From contig JAADFU010000075.1 in NCBI GenBank assembly GCA_013152715.1, positions 1,804 to 65,803 of the forward strand: a stretch of 64,000 nucleotides of DNA, read 5' to 3'. How positions within the stretch are numbered: the stretch's first letter is position 1; each line of letters starts with the position of its first letter. The translations under genes and the position numbers were made by a program. Below the pieces are notes generated by a model. It was given only the letters and a program-made list of their open reading frames with translations, searched no databases and was not told the DNA's origin. Shown here piece by piece: positions 46,502 to 55,844 of the stretch. Origin of the DNA: Calditrichota bacterium. Its GTDB lineage: Bacteria; Zhuqueibacterota; Zhuqueibacteria; Thermofontimicrobiales; Thermofontimicrobiaceae.

Positions 46502-49500
46502 TTGTCCGTCAACAAAAAAGTATTTTTATTTGTCTACATCATCATTTTATTTGCTTCCACTGCATCCTGGGCGCAGCAAAACGACGTGACAACGATTCAG
46601 GTGCAAGCAGCAGGCGATATTTTTACGCTTCCAACTAACCCAGACAGTATTGGCGTTTGCGTGGATCGCTGCCAAAAAGAGATGGACGCAGCGACTATTC
46701 GCATCGTCCAGCCGGGATTCTACCGAATTTTCACCGGCGTCGAATATTCAGAAGGACAGGGGAACGAATCTTTTTACGTTCAATTTCGACAGTCGGACAG
46801 TTCCCTGGTCCCGCAATTGGAGCCCAACGCCGGAATCGAGAAGGTTGTGCCAGACACTTCTTTTCGACCGTCGCTGACATCTCGCGATGCAGGAAAATTT
46901 TATTTCCCGCCGGGAATTTACACCATTCATCTGAAGCATTACTACTTTTTGCAATATCAATACCCGCAATTCCTCAACCCGCCCGATGTGCCCATGCATG
47001 GTCAAAGCCCGGAAAGCGTGCACATTTACAATTTTCAATTTGCCTACGAAGGCGACAAGCCGCCCCAATTTGATATTTCAATCGAGAAATCGGCAAATTA
47101 CGATTCCGTGTTTCCAGGCGAGGAGATTGAATTTGAACTGCAAATTGCGAACTCTGGTCCCGATACGGCCGGCACAATTCACATCAGCGACGCCATGCCT
47201 GAATTCCTGCAATTCATCGCTGCGAATCCGACTCCGGATTCTGCCCAGGGCCGGGTCGTGCACTGGAATTTTACTAATTTGAGTGCCAATGAGACGCAAC
47301 GAATCAGCTACACCGCCGTTGTTCAGGAAGATATCCCGGACACGGTCACCCAAGTAGTCAATTTTTCCGCTGTCGACGCGCCCGGCGACACAGATTTGAC
47401 AAACAACCAGGCGACGGACACTGTTTCCATCAAGCGAAAAAAACCCACACCTGCGCCGCGCTGCGATTTGACAATCAACAAAACTGTCAGCGCGGATTCT
47501 GTGACAGGATTTTCTCCGTTCAGCTATCGCATCATTGTCAAAAACATGGGGCCAGATTCAGCGTTTCGGGTGATTGTGACCGATTCCCTGCCGGCGGAAA
47601 TCTCCGTAACTGAGTTTTCGCCCGCGCCGGACTCTGTCGCCGGGCAGAAAATTTTCTGGTTCACCGAAGCGCTTGCCGCTGGCGACAGTTCGGTTTTTTC
47701 GCTAAACGCGCAAGCTGACAGCTCTCTCGCTGATCATGACTCGACCGTTGAAAATCATGCCAGCGCCGACGCGGCAAACGACACACTGAAAACCAACAAT
47801 CAGGCGCAATGCTCCACTTTTATTTATTGGAACACGCCGCCACAGCCGAAATTTTGCGATGTGAGCCTCAGCAAAACAGTTTCTGCGGACACTATTCGCC
47901 AAGGAGACGCAGCGACGTTTCGCTTGTCGATCAGCAATGTGGGGCCCGCGACAGCGAAAAAAATCACCGTCGCCGACAGTCTGCCGCCGACGCTGGCGCC
48001 GCTCGATTTTTCCATTGCGCCGGATTCCGCGGCGAACTCGTTGCTTTTCTGGAAATTTGATTCCCTGGAAATCAACGCTGAAATCGCAATCACGTTTCAG
48101 GCACGCACGCGACAAAGTTTTTCCGACACGACCTTTCAAATCGTCAATTATGCCAACGTCTCTGTTCCGCTCGACACATTTTCCGTCAACAATTACGACA
48201 GCGCAGCGGTCATTTTTTGGGACAGGACAAAAGAGAAAATTTTCAATTGCGATTTATTGATTGAAAAACTCGCGTCAAAAGACTCCCTTTTCGCTGGCGA
48301 CACCTTGCGCTATTTTCTCAAAATTCAGAATTTGTCGAAAAACACCGCCCAGCGAGTAACGCTGGTCGATTCGCTGCCGGATTTTCTTTCGCCAAAAATT
48401 TTCTCTGAAAATCCTGATTCAACGGCAGAAAATTTGCTTTTCTGGCATTTTGATTCACTAACAGGGCGCGGAGAAAAAACGATCTCTTTCATCGCGCAAG
48501 TCGATTCCCATTTGACTGAAAACATTTCTCTGAAAAATGTTGGCGCAGTCGCTGCGGAGAATGACACCAATCTCGCTAACAATCGGGATTCATTTTCCGT
48601 TTTCGCGCAGAAAAAATGGACGCCGCCGCCGGTCTTTCACTGCGATTTGCAATTGGCAAAAACAGCGGACAAAGACACCGTTCGTTTTGACGAGCAATTG
48701 CGCTACTTGCTCACCGTGGAAAATTTAGGACGAGAGACAGCGCGGCAAATTACGGTCAGCGACACTTTGCCGGCGATGCTCACTGTTCTGGGCACAAGCC
48801 CGAAGCTCGACTCGTTAAATTCACCGCTCACCTGGCAATTTGATTCACTGGCAGCCGGTGAAAAAATCCGGATTTCGATCTTCACACGTCTGGCGACAGC
48901 CGATTACGACACCGCTTTTCCAATGACTAATTTCGCCTTTGTGAACGCGTCGAACGACTCTGATCTGAGCAACAATTCCGGCCACGCTACCACGACTGTG
49001 GCTGTTGCGAATGAACCCGCACAGTATCAGCTCGAACTAAAAAAAGAGGTCAGCAAAGACAGCGTCAAAATTAACGAGGAGTTCGATTACGAAATTTCCC
49101 TGCGCAATCTGGGACCTGACGTGGCACGGGAAATCACCCTCGTCGATTCCATGACCAGCGCCATCATTCCGCTCGCTTTTGCGCCGCAGCCGGATTCTGT
49201 CGTCGGCCGAATGTATTTCTGGTTCATCGATTCAATCACTGTTGGGCAGACGAAAATGTTTGTCGTCACGGCAAAATTAGATTCTCAGTACGCGACAGCA
49301 GACAGTGCTGTTTTCAATGTCGCCGGAATTTTTGACTCTGACAAAGAAGAAATCCGCGGCTACCGTGTGCGGGCGCGGGTCATTCCGGTGGACGAAAGAG
49401 AAAAAAAACCATTCGGCTCGCCAAAACTTGAATTGTCAAAATCAGCGGACAAAGACACCGTCAAAGTTGGGGAATCTTTCACTTATTCCATTCAAATCTC

Positions 49501-50491
49501 CAACATCGGGGACGGCGCCGCCTATCACATCGCTGTCTCGGACACGCTGCCGGAAAATATTTCAGTCGCGAACGTCAATCCGCTGCCCGATTCCGCGAAG
49601 GGCAGAATTCTTTTCTGGAGTTTTGACTCGCTCGCCGGGGGCGGAACGATTCTCATTCAGTACGACGCCGCCATCGATCGCGCGCCGGATTCCACGCCTT
49701 TTTCCCTGCAAAATGTCGCCGTTGTGAGCGCAGAAAACGACACCAATCTTGTCGGCGAACGCACAAAAAGACACCGCATCGTCATCGCTGAGGAGAAACC
49801 GGAAAAACCGGAGCACTACAATTTAGAAATTCAAAAAACAGCAGACCGCGATACGGTGCAAGCCGGCGACAGCTTCACTTATCAACTCAAAGTGTTCAAC
49901 CATGGCCCGGGCGTTGCTTTTCACGTGACGCTGTTTGACTCGCTGCCGGAACTGATTACCGGTTCGGATTTTCAACCGGCGCCGGACTCGGTGCATCAAA
50001 AAAAATTGTTCTGGTTCATTGACACGCTGCAACCGGGGCAGCAATTTGTGGCTTCTTTCAAAGCAACGCTGGAATTGACGCTGCCCAAAACGATCATGCC
50101 GATTATGAACGTGGCAGGAATCTACTCGCCGGACGACACCAGCACAACAGACGACGAAGACGAAGCAGAGATTGTCGCCAATATTGAGACAAAAGAAATC
50201 GATTGCGATCATTCTTATTATTTTGATGTGAATGTCTTTCAGCCAGATCTGGGACGGCCTTTGCAAATTCATTTTCATCTCAGCCAGAGCCAGACCATTG
50301 AGCTCGATTTGTACGATATTCGCGGCTATCACATTTCCACCATTGCTGAAAAATTTTATCATCAGGGAGAAAATACTTTTTCCTGGGACGGCCGCACAGC
50401 TTCCGGACAACCCGTGGGAAGCGGCGTGTACATCATCGCTTTACGAACTCAGGAAATGGATTGTTGGAAAAAAATAATCATAGTCAGGTAA
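46502..50491 (+). CDS. 1329-aa secreted protein: unique N-terminal domain, eight DUF11-type repeats, T9SS C-terminal sorting domain
   Basis: TTG start and signal peptide (LFVYIIILFASTASWAQQ). Eight ~130-150-aa repeats share the pattern [CY](D/N/Q)L-x-(I/L)-x-K-x(3)-D(S/T)V...(I/L)-x-(V/I)-x-N-x-GP(D/A)-x-A...V-x-D-x-LP...P-x-PDS....(L/I)FW-x-F(D). The C-terminus ELDLYDIRGYHISTIAEKFYHQGENTFSWDGRTASGQPVGSGVYIIALRTQEMDCWKKIIIVR is sorting-domain-like. Confidence 0.85.
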   Translation: MSVNKKVFLFVYIIILFASTASWAQQNDVTTIQVQAAGDIFTLPTNPDSIGVCVDRCQKEMDAATIRIVQPGFYRIFTGVEYSEGQGNESFYVQFRQSDSSLVPQLEPNAGIEKVVPDTSFRPSLTSRDAGKFYFPPGIYTIHLKHYYFLQYQYPQFLNPPDVPMHGQSPESVHIYNFQFAYEGDKPPQFDISIEKSANYDSVFPGEEIEFELQIANSGPDTAGTIHISDAMPEFLQFIAANPTPDSAQGRVVHWNFTNLSANETQRISYTAVVQEDIPDTVTQVVNFSAVDAPGDTDLTNNQATDTVSIKRKKPTPAPRCDLTINKTVSADSVTGFSPFSYRIIVKNMGPDSAFRVIVTDSLPAEISVTEFSPAPDSVAGQKIFWFTEALAAGDSSVFSLNAQADSSLADHDSTVENHASADAANDTLKTNNQAQCSTFIYWNTPPQPKFCDVSLSKTVSADTIRQGDAATFRLSISNVGPATAKKITVADSLPPTLAPLDFSIAPDSAANSLLFWKFDSLEINAEIAITFQARTRQSFSDTTFQIVNYANVSVPLDTFSVNNYDSAAVIFWDRTKEKIFNCDLLIEKLASKDSLFAGDTLRYFLKIQNLSKNTAQRVTLVDSLPDFLSPKIFSENPDSTAENLLFWHFDSLTGRGEKTISFIAQVDSHLTENISLKNVGAVAAENDTNLANNRDSFSVFAQKKWTPPPVFHCDLQLAKTADKDTVRFDEQLRYLLTVENLGRETARQITVSDTLPAMLTVLGTSPKLDSLNSPLTWQFDSLAAGEKIRISIFTRLATADYDTAFPMTNFAFVNASNDSDLSNNSGHATTTVAVANEPAQYQLELKKEVSKDSVKINEEFDYEISLRNLGPDVAREITLVDSMTSAIIPLAFAPQPDSVVGRMYFWFIDSITVGQTKMFVVTAKLDSQYATADSAVFNVAGIFDSDKEEIRGYRVRARVIPVDEREKKPFGSPKLELSKSADKDTVKVGESFTYSIQISNIGDGAAYHIAVSDTLPENISVANVNPLPDSAKGRILFWSFDSLAGGGTILIQYDAAIDRAPDSTPFSLQNVAVVSAENDTNLVGERTKRHRIVIAEEKPEKPEHYNLEIQKTADRDTVQAGDSFTYQLKVFNHGPGVAFHVTLFDSLPELITGSDFQPAPDSVHQKKLFWFIDTLQPGQQFVASFKATLELTLPKTIMPIMNVAGIYSPDDTSTTDDEDEAEIVANIETKEIDCDHSYYFDVNVFQPDLGRPLQIHFHLSQSQTIELDLYDIRGYHISTIAEKFYHQGENTFSWDGRTASGQPVGSGVYIIALRTQEMDCWKKIIIVR

Positions 50492-50493
50492 AA

Positions 50494-53400
50494 ATGAAAC
50501 CGCGCGGGACAAAAATATCTGCATCAATCGCCATCTGGCTGACGCTGTGGCTCGTCGCCGCAGTCGCCGGATACAGCCAGATTCGCTCCGGAGCCACGTT
50601 TTTGAACATGATGCCCGGCTCCCGGCAGCAGGCGCTGGGTTCCAGTCTGAGCGGCGGAATAGATGATTTTCAATCATTTTACGCCAACCCGGCGGCGATT
50701 GGATTCTATCGCGAATATCATTTTTGCGGCTCGTACACCCGCTGGTTTGCCGACATTTACCACCTTTCTCTGAACGCCGGGAAACGATTCCAGTCTCCGC
50801 TCAGTCGGCGCACTCAGCTTGTCTTCGGTCTTCGCTATTTGGGCGTGAAAAAATTTGACTCCACGCTGCGAAATCGCGCCATGGCCTCGGCCAGTGATAT
50901 GCTGGCATCTTTTGGCCTGGGAACGCCGCTGAGTTTCCTCTCTGACAATTTTGCCATCGGCGTCAATTTAAAATACCTGCAAAGCGAGCTTTACACGTTC
51001 CGCGCGTCTTCGTTCAATGCCGACGCCGGAATTTTGTGGCGCTCTCCTCGTTTTCAGCTCAGAAACCCGCTTTTCGAGTACGCACATCTTTCTGCGGGAA
51101 TTTCTCTCAGCCACTGGGGTCAATCGCTGAGATTCAAAAATACCGCCACTCCGCTACCGCAAACCATGCGTTTCGGAATCGCTGTAGCGATCGGCTCCCA
51201 CGACGGTTTGCAGTTGCAGCTTTCTTCGGATTATCAGAAGACAAAAGACGAATCCGGCTATTTCAACATCGGCGGAGAATTGAGTTTCGCCTATCGTTTT
51301 TCTTTGCAAGCCGGCTACCATTTCGACGATCATTTTCTGAGCAAATTCAGCATGGGAATGAGCTTCAGGCTGGACAACAATTCGAAATTAGCGCGGCAGG
51401 TCGTTCGCGAAAACAGTGCGCTGCGGTTTGATTTCGCCGGGTTAGAAAAAAATGAATTCTTTTCCGCGTCCTACCGCGGCAGTGCGTCCGCGTATCCCGT
51501 CGCTCCCGAAGCATTTCGCCTGATCACACCGGCGCACAACGACACTTTTGCTGTCAACAAAATTACTTTTGCCTGGGAAAAATCAAAAGACCCGGATCTG
51601 TACGATGATGTGAGTTACCTTTTCCTTCTGGAAAAACAAGAAAATGCGGCAGAATTGTCCGCCCTTTACCGCTGGCAGCTACACTCGGACGAAAGCATCA
51701 AAGAGATGAAAACACTACTGCGTTTTCATGCGGCCAAATTTTTCCGTATCGATACTTTGCGAAATTTTTCAGAAAAAGGCAAACAAATTGCCCATTCCGA
51801 AACCGATCTTCCGGCAGGAGACTACTGGTGGACCGTGCTCGCCGTCGATCGCGACGATCATTTTCGCGTTGCCGAACAGGGTGTTCGCCATTTTTATGTG
51901 CTTTTTCCTGACATTAAAATTAAAGAAATGCAATTCAAACCAAGTCCGTGGATCACGGAAAGCGATACCCAAGGCGTTATTTCTGTCACCCTCGCCAACG
52001 TCGGCCATCTGGACGCGGAAAATATCAATTTGGTCGTCAGCACAATTTCGCCGCGCGCCCAGCTCGATACTTTTTTAGTAAAAAAAATCGATCGTCTCAA
52101 CCGCGGCGATTCGCTGCAAATTTCCATTCCCTGGTTGACGCCGGAGAAAGGAAAATTTATCTTTTCGGCAGAAGCGAGAATTTTGAAATCGGAAACAGAA
52201 ATGGGACTTGAGGTAAATCTGGCGAACAATCATTTTGAAACAGAATTTTACACGATTCCCAAAGGTCGCCTCGATTTGCCCGATACCGTGAACGCCTATC
52301 TGCTGCCGCGAACGGATCACAATTTGCCGCTATTGCCGAGAGTCTTTTTCGATGCGAACTCCGCTTCCATGCCGCTGGCTTATTACCAATCGACGGAAAA
52401 CTGGCTCTACCCGCCGCTTAAAATTATCGCCGAACGGCTCAAAAAGCGACACGATTTGTACCTTGAATTGGAGGGGTTCTGCGACAACACTTCCGGCGAA
52501 CCGCTCGAGTTAGCGCGCGAACGAGTGTACGCTGTCAGAAATCTGCTGCTGCAATTTGGCATTTCCGAAGAGCAAATTCCGGATTCGCTCTGTCTCTGGA
52601 ATCGCACTCATTACCAGCGCCCGACCTGGAACAAGGACGTTCGCGAAGAACGGCGCTTCGTCAAAATCACCGCCTACAACGTGGACACGCACGAAGCGGA
52701 CATCACATTGTTTGCGCCGATTCCTTTCAAAACTTTTGAGGAGCCGGCGATTCCGTTGCCGGTGAAATGGGGTTCCACAATCAAGTCACAGGTTGGCGTT
52801 GAAGACGGGTATTTGAGCATCCGCTCTCCTGCAAAAAAAGACTTTTTGCCCTACAGAGCAGACGTCGATTCAATCGATTGGCCGCACTCTGAAAAGGGAA
52901 AAACCGATTGGCTGAATCAACCGATTGCTTATTTTGCAAGTTTGAAAGACAGTCTGGGAAGACAGTTCAAAACAAGACCGCAACGCTCCTATTTGACGGG
53001 TTTCGAAACGCACATGCCCATAGTCGTAGGATTGGCAGATTTCAACAATCAACACCCCTATCCGATTATTCCCTGGGATGATTTGTTTGCCAAACTCGAG
53101 TTGCGATTGAAATGGATGAAAAATACGCGCATTCGTTTTGTGGGGCACGCCTGTGGCATTCCGCCGAATACAGTCAATAATATTTTTTCCAGAAAACGGG
53201 CTGCCAATTTTCAGGCTAAATTTTTGGCGGAATTGGAAAAGCGAAAATACCAAAATCCCGAGCTTTACCGACTGATTTACGAGCATCTTGACATCAACGG
53301 TATTATTGGAAAAGGGTCAAACAATCCATTCTCTTATTCAATAGACACACTCAATTTCCTGAATAATCGCGAAGATTTTGAACCAGGCTGCTACGAACAT

Positions 53401-53595
53401 ATCCGCCAACTGCTGCCGCAAATGCCGAAACAAGTGATGCTGGAACCTTTCGTCCTGATCCTCCGCAACGATCAAATCACACTCATCGGCGACAACGCAA
53501 CGCCGGAAGGACGGCAGATTAATCGCCGTATTGAGATGGAATTTTACACTCCTAAAAGCAAAAAGCAACTGGCATTGCAAAGCGGGGAGAATTAA
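50494..53595 (+). CDS. fusion protein: PorV/PorQ-like beta-barrel, Ig/CARDB-like middle region, two OmpA-like peptidoglycan-binding domains
   Basis: ATG 50494 lies 2 nt after the upstream stop (the track's TTG at 50461 overlaps it). The N-terminus SGATFLNMMPGSRQQALGSSLSGGIDDFQSFYANPAAIGF...YTRWFADIY parallels the 6212-7228 protein. The middle has a CARDB-like segment (ISVTLANVGHLDAENINLVVS...GDSLQISIPW). There are two OmpA-like segments: LYLELEGFCDNTSGEPLELARERVYAVRNLLLQFGI...EERRFVKI, and RIRFVGHACGI...SRKRAANFQAKFL...GDNATPEGRQINRRIEMEFY. Confidence 0.75.
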   Translation: MKPRGTKISASIAIWLTLWLVAAVAGYSQIRSGATFLNMMPGSRQQALGSSLSGGIDDFQSFYANPAAIGFYREYHFCGSYTRWFADIYHLSLNAGKRFQSPLSRRTQLVFGLRYLGVKKFDSTLRNRAMASASDMLASFGLGTPLSFLSDNFAIGVNLKYLQSELYTFRASSFNADAGILWRSPRFQLRNPLFEYAHLSAGISLSHWGQSLRFKNTATPLPQTMRFGIAVAIGSHDGLQLQLSSDYQKTKDESGYFNIGGELSFAYRFSLQAGYHFDDHFLSKFSMGMSFRLDNNSKLARQVVRENSALRFDFAGLEKNEFFSASYRGSASAYPVAPEAFRLITPAHNDTFAVNKITFAWEKSKDPDLYDDVSYLFLLEKQENAAELSALYRWQLHSDESIKEMKTLLRFHAAKFFRIDTLRNFSEKGKQIAHSETDLPAGDYWWTVLAVDRDDHFRVAEQGVRHFYVLFPDIKIKEMQFKPSPWITESDTQGVISVTLANVGHLDAENINLVVSTISPRAQLDTFLVKKIDRLNRGDSLQISIPWLTPEKGKFIFSAEARILKSETEMGLEVNLANNHFETEFYTIPKGRLDLPDTVNAYLLPRTDHNLPLLPRVFFDANSASMPLAYYQSTENWLYPPLKIIAERLKKRHDLYLELEGFCDNTSGEPLELARERVYAVRNLLLQFGISEEQIPDSLCLWNRTHYQRPTWNKDVREERRFVKITAYNVDTHEADITLFAPIPFKTFEEPAIPLPVKWGSTIKSQVGVEDGYLSIRSPAKKDFLPYRADVDSIDWPHSEKGKTDWLNQPIAYFASLKDSLGRQFKTRPQRSYLTGFETHMPIVVGLADFNNQHPYPIIPWDDLFAKLELRLKWMKNTRIRFVGHACGIPPNTVNNIFSRKRAANFQAKFLAELEKRKYQNPELYRLIYEHLDINGIIGKGSNNPFSYSIDTLNFLNNREDFEPGCYEHIRQLLPQMPKQVMLEPFVLILRNDQITLIGDNATPEGRQINRRIEMEFYTPKSKKQLALQSGEN

Positions 53596-53771
53596 TTTTG
53601 TCGCAAGCCGTACCCAAAATTTTCAAATTAGCAACCTTAATAGGCACAATGCTACAAAACAATGCATCAGCATAAAACTCCCAGTTTTTCAGCTATTCCC
53701 AAAGCCCCTCAGGGGTGAAAACCGTAAAATCGATAGGGATAAATTGCCATTCGCTCAAATCAACAAATTAG

Positions 53772-53800
53772 TTGACAATCAAGAAAAAAAATGTTATATT
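53772..53800 (+). promoter_or_regulatory. sigma70-like promoter of the DKRFE-repeat gene
   Basis: TTGACA (53772-53777), a 17-nt spacer, then TATATT (53795-53800). GAGGA lies 6 nt before ATG 53847. Confidence 0.5.
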
Positions 53801-53846
53801 CAGTAGCAGCAGTCATGTAATTTTCATCAAATAACGTGAGGATCAC

Positions 53847-54254
53847 ATGGAAGATTTAGCAGAACTTTTAGAGCAACAATTAGAGCGGGCATTTGAAGTA
53901 AAAGATAAACAATCTCTTCGCCAATACGTGAACTTACTGACGCAAAACATTGTGCCCAAAGAAAGCTACGAGCGGCAGCTACTGGAATTAAAAAATGAAA
54001 TTCGCTTGCTCGCCGAAACCATGAAAGAAGGCTTTAAATTGATCGATAAGCGCTTCGAAGCTGTAGACAAACGCTTTGAAGCAATCGATAAGCGCTTTGA
54101 AGCCGTGGATAAACGCTTTGAGGACATGTACCATTATATGGACAAACGCTTCGAGGATATGAATAAACGATTTAACATGTTATTTACTTTCATGAATTTC
54201 GGCTTTGGCATCATCATTTTAATGACTATTTTGTTCAAGTTTTTCATTCAGTAG
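53847..54254 (+). CDS. small tail-anchored coiled-coil protein with DKRFExx heptad repeats
   Basis: A 135-aa protein with N-terminal helical region, LIDKRFEAVDKRFEAIDKRFEAVDKRFEDMYHYMDKRFEDMNKRFNML, then a C-terminal TM helix FTFMNFGFGIIILMTILFKFF. It has its own promoter and SD. Confidence 0.7.
   Translation: MEDLAELLEQQLERAFEVKDKQSLRQYVNLLTQNIVPKESYERQLLELKNEIRLLAETMKEGFKLIDKRFEAVDKRFEAIDKRFEAVDKRFEDMYHYMDKRFEDMNKRFNMLFTFMNFGFGIIILMTILFKFFIQ
54045..54182 (+). repeat. in-frame 21-nt tandem repeats (6 units, one 12-nt interruption)
   Basis: gataagcgcttcgaagctgta / gacaaacgctttgaagcaatc / gataagcgctttgaagccgtg / gataaacgctttgaggacatg / (taccattatatg) / gacaaacgcttcgaggatatg / aataaacgatttaacatgtta. 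Most differences between units are at synonymous third positions. Confidence 0.85.
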
Positions 54255-54328
54255 TTCAAATATGGCGCTTGTTAACTCATTTGTTCCGTCGCTATCAGAA
54301 AAACACCCGTTCTGTGCCCTTTCATTTT

Positions 54329-55261
54329 TTAGATTCGTCGCCGAAACCCTTCTCCGAGCACCTCATGCACGTTGTTCACAATCACAAACGCTTTGGGATC
54401 TACCGATTTCACGATATCCACCAATTGAGTAATTTCTTTTCGCGTCACTACTGTCAAAATTACTTCACGCTCCGCGTTTGTGTACAACCCTCTTCCGTTC
54501 AAGGCTGTGGCGCCACGGCTCAGGTCTTCCATGATGATTTTCCCGATTTTCTCATATTCAGGGGAAATGATAATCGCTGCTTTTGCGTAATCCATGCCCT
54601 CAATAATCACATCGATCAATCTCGAGGAAATGAACAGCAAAATGAATGCATATAGTGTAAGTGTAAGCGCTGGTTTGACAACAGCCAATCCTTTGACTTG
54701 CAGCACAATTCCGGCGGCGGAAATTACCAAAAAATCAATAAACATAATCGCCTGCCCGGGTTTCCAGCCTAAACGTTTTTGCATGATCGCCGCTACAATA
54801 TCTGAGCCTGCCGTTGAGCCCCTAAATTTAAAAATAATACCCAGACCGACTCCTAATAAAATCGCACCGAACAGCACTACCAGAATAAAATCATGCTGAT
54901 ACAAATCCTGAATTGCGCCTGCTTTCTGGAGATGAATGAAACGAAATCCAGGAATACTGCCGCGCAACAGATCGATAAAAAAAGAATTCAACGAAAAACC
55001 AACCAGAGTGCGCACGCCGAATCTGCCGCCTAATTCCCTGATGCCCCAGAGAAAAAGCGGCACGTTGAACAACCACATCATCAACCCCACGGGAACTTTG
55101 TAGTCAGTTAAATAGTGTACTGTCATCGCCAGTCCACTGACGCCGCCGGGCACGACTTTTGCATCGACGAGAAAGACGCCAATGCCGACCGACATGATAA
55201 ATGCGCCGATGGTGATGGCAGAATAATCGCGAATCAAAATCTTTGTCGACGCTTTCAACAT
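54329..55261 (-). CDS. YitT-family membrane protein (DUF2179 C-terminal domain)
   Basis: Five to six TM helices, then a soluble C-terminal domain (AAIIISPEYEKIGKIIMEDLSRGATALNGRGLYTNAEREVILTVVTRKEITQLVDIVKSVDPKAFVIVNNVHEVLGEGF) typical of the family. Confidence 0.75.
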   Translation of the reverse strand: MLKASTKILIRDYSAITIGAFIMSVGIGVFLVDAKVVPGGVSGLAMTVHYLTDYKVPVGLMMWLFNVPLFLWGIRELGGRFGVRTLVGFSLNSFFIDLLRGSIPGFRFIHLQKAGAIQDLYQHDFILVVLFGAILLGVGLGIIFKFRGSTAGSDIVAAIMQKRLGWKPGQAIMFIDFLVISAAGIVLQVKGLAVVKPALTLTLYAFILLFISSRLIDVIIEGMDYAKAAIIISPEYEKIGKIIMEDLSRGATALNGRGLYTNAEREVILTVVTRKEITQLVDIVKSVDPKAFVIVNNVHEVLGEGFRRRI

Positions 55262-55532
55262 TTTCTCCTTTGCAGTAAAATTTGGATTGAGCCATCAAAA
55301 TTTGTAATTATTCAGCCTCGAAGTCTCTAGGACTCAAAGGGCAAAAAAAACCGATATATTCTCATCAACAAAGAAAAATTTTCAGCAAATGTTCTTTTGT
55401 CCGGCAATATACAAAATTTAAATGAAAAAATCAATTCTCTCATTGGCAAAATTGGGAAACAGCGCAAAAAAGTAATTGCTTTTTTCTGATAAAATATTAA
55501 ATTATCGTTCTTCAACTATTGGGGCTACAACG

Positions 55533-55745
55533 ATGGCACGACTTCGACGACGAAAAAATACGAAAAAAAATGAAAAGGACAACAATGACGACGATCTGCT
55601 AATTTCCGATTTTCAATTTGGAGAAATGTTGAGCAAAAAACAATTGGAATTGGAGCTGCAACATCTGCGTCTGGAAATTAAATTGAATGATCAGATTCGT
55701 CGGCTGATAGACAGACAGATGGATGAGCTTATTAAGCAGAATTAG
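55533..55745 (+). CDS. hypothetical small basic/coiled-coil protein
   Basis: ATG 55533 gives MARLRRRKNTKKNEKDNNDDDLLISDFQFGEMLSKKQLELELQHLRLEIKLNDQIRRLIDRQMDELIKQN. No family recognised and the SD is weak. Confidence 0.35.
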   Translation: MARLRRRKNTKKNEKDNNDDDLLISDFQFGEMLSKKQLELELQHLRLEIKLNDQIRRLIDRQMDELIKQN

Positions 55746-55844
55746 CGTAACGAAAGAAAATTTTAATTGAACTTTTGCAAAAGAATTTGACAAATGAACA
55801 TAAACAAAAAACTGATCACCGAAAAGAGAAATGAGAGGAGAAAT

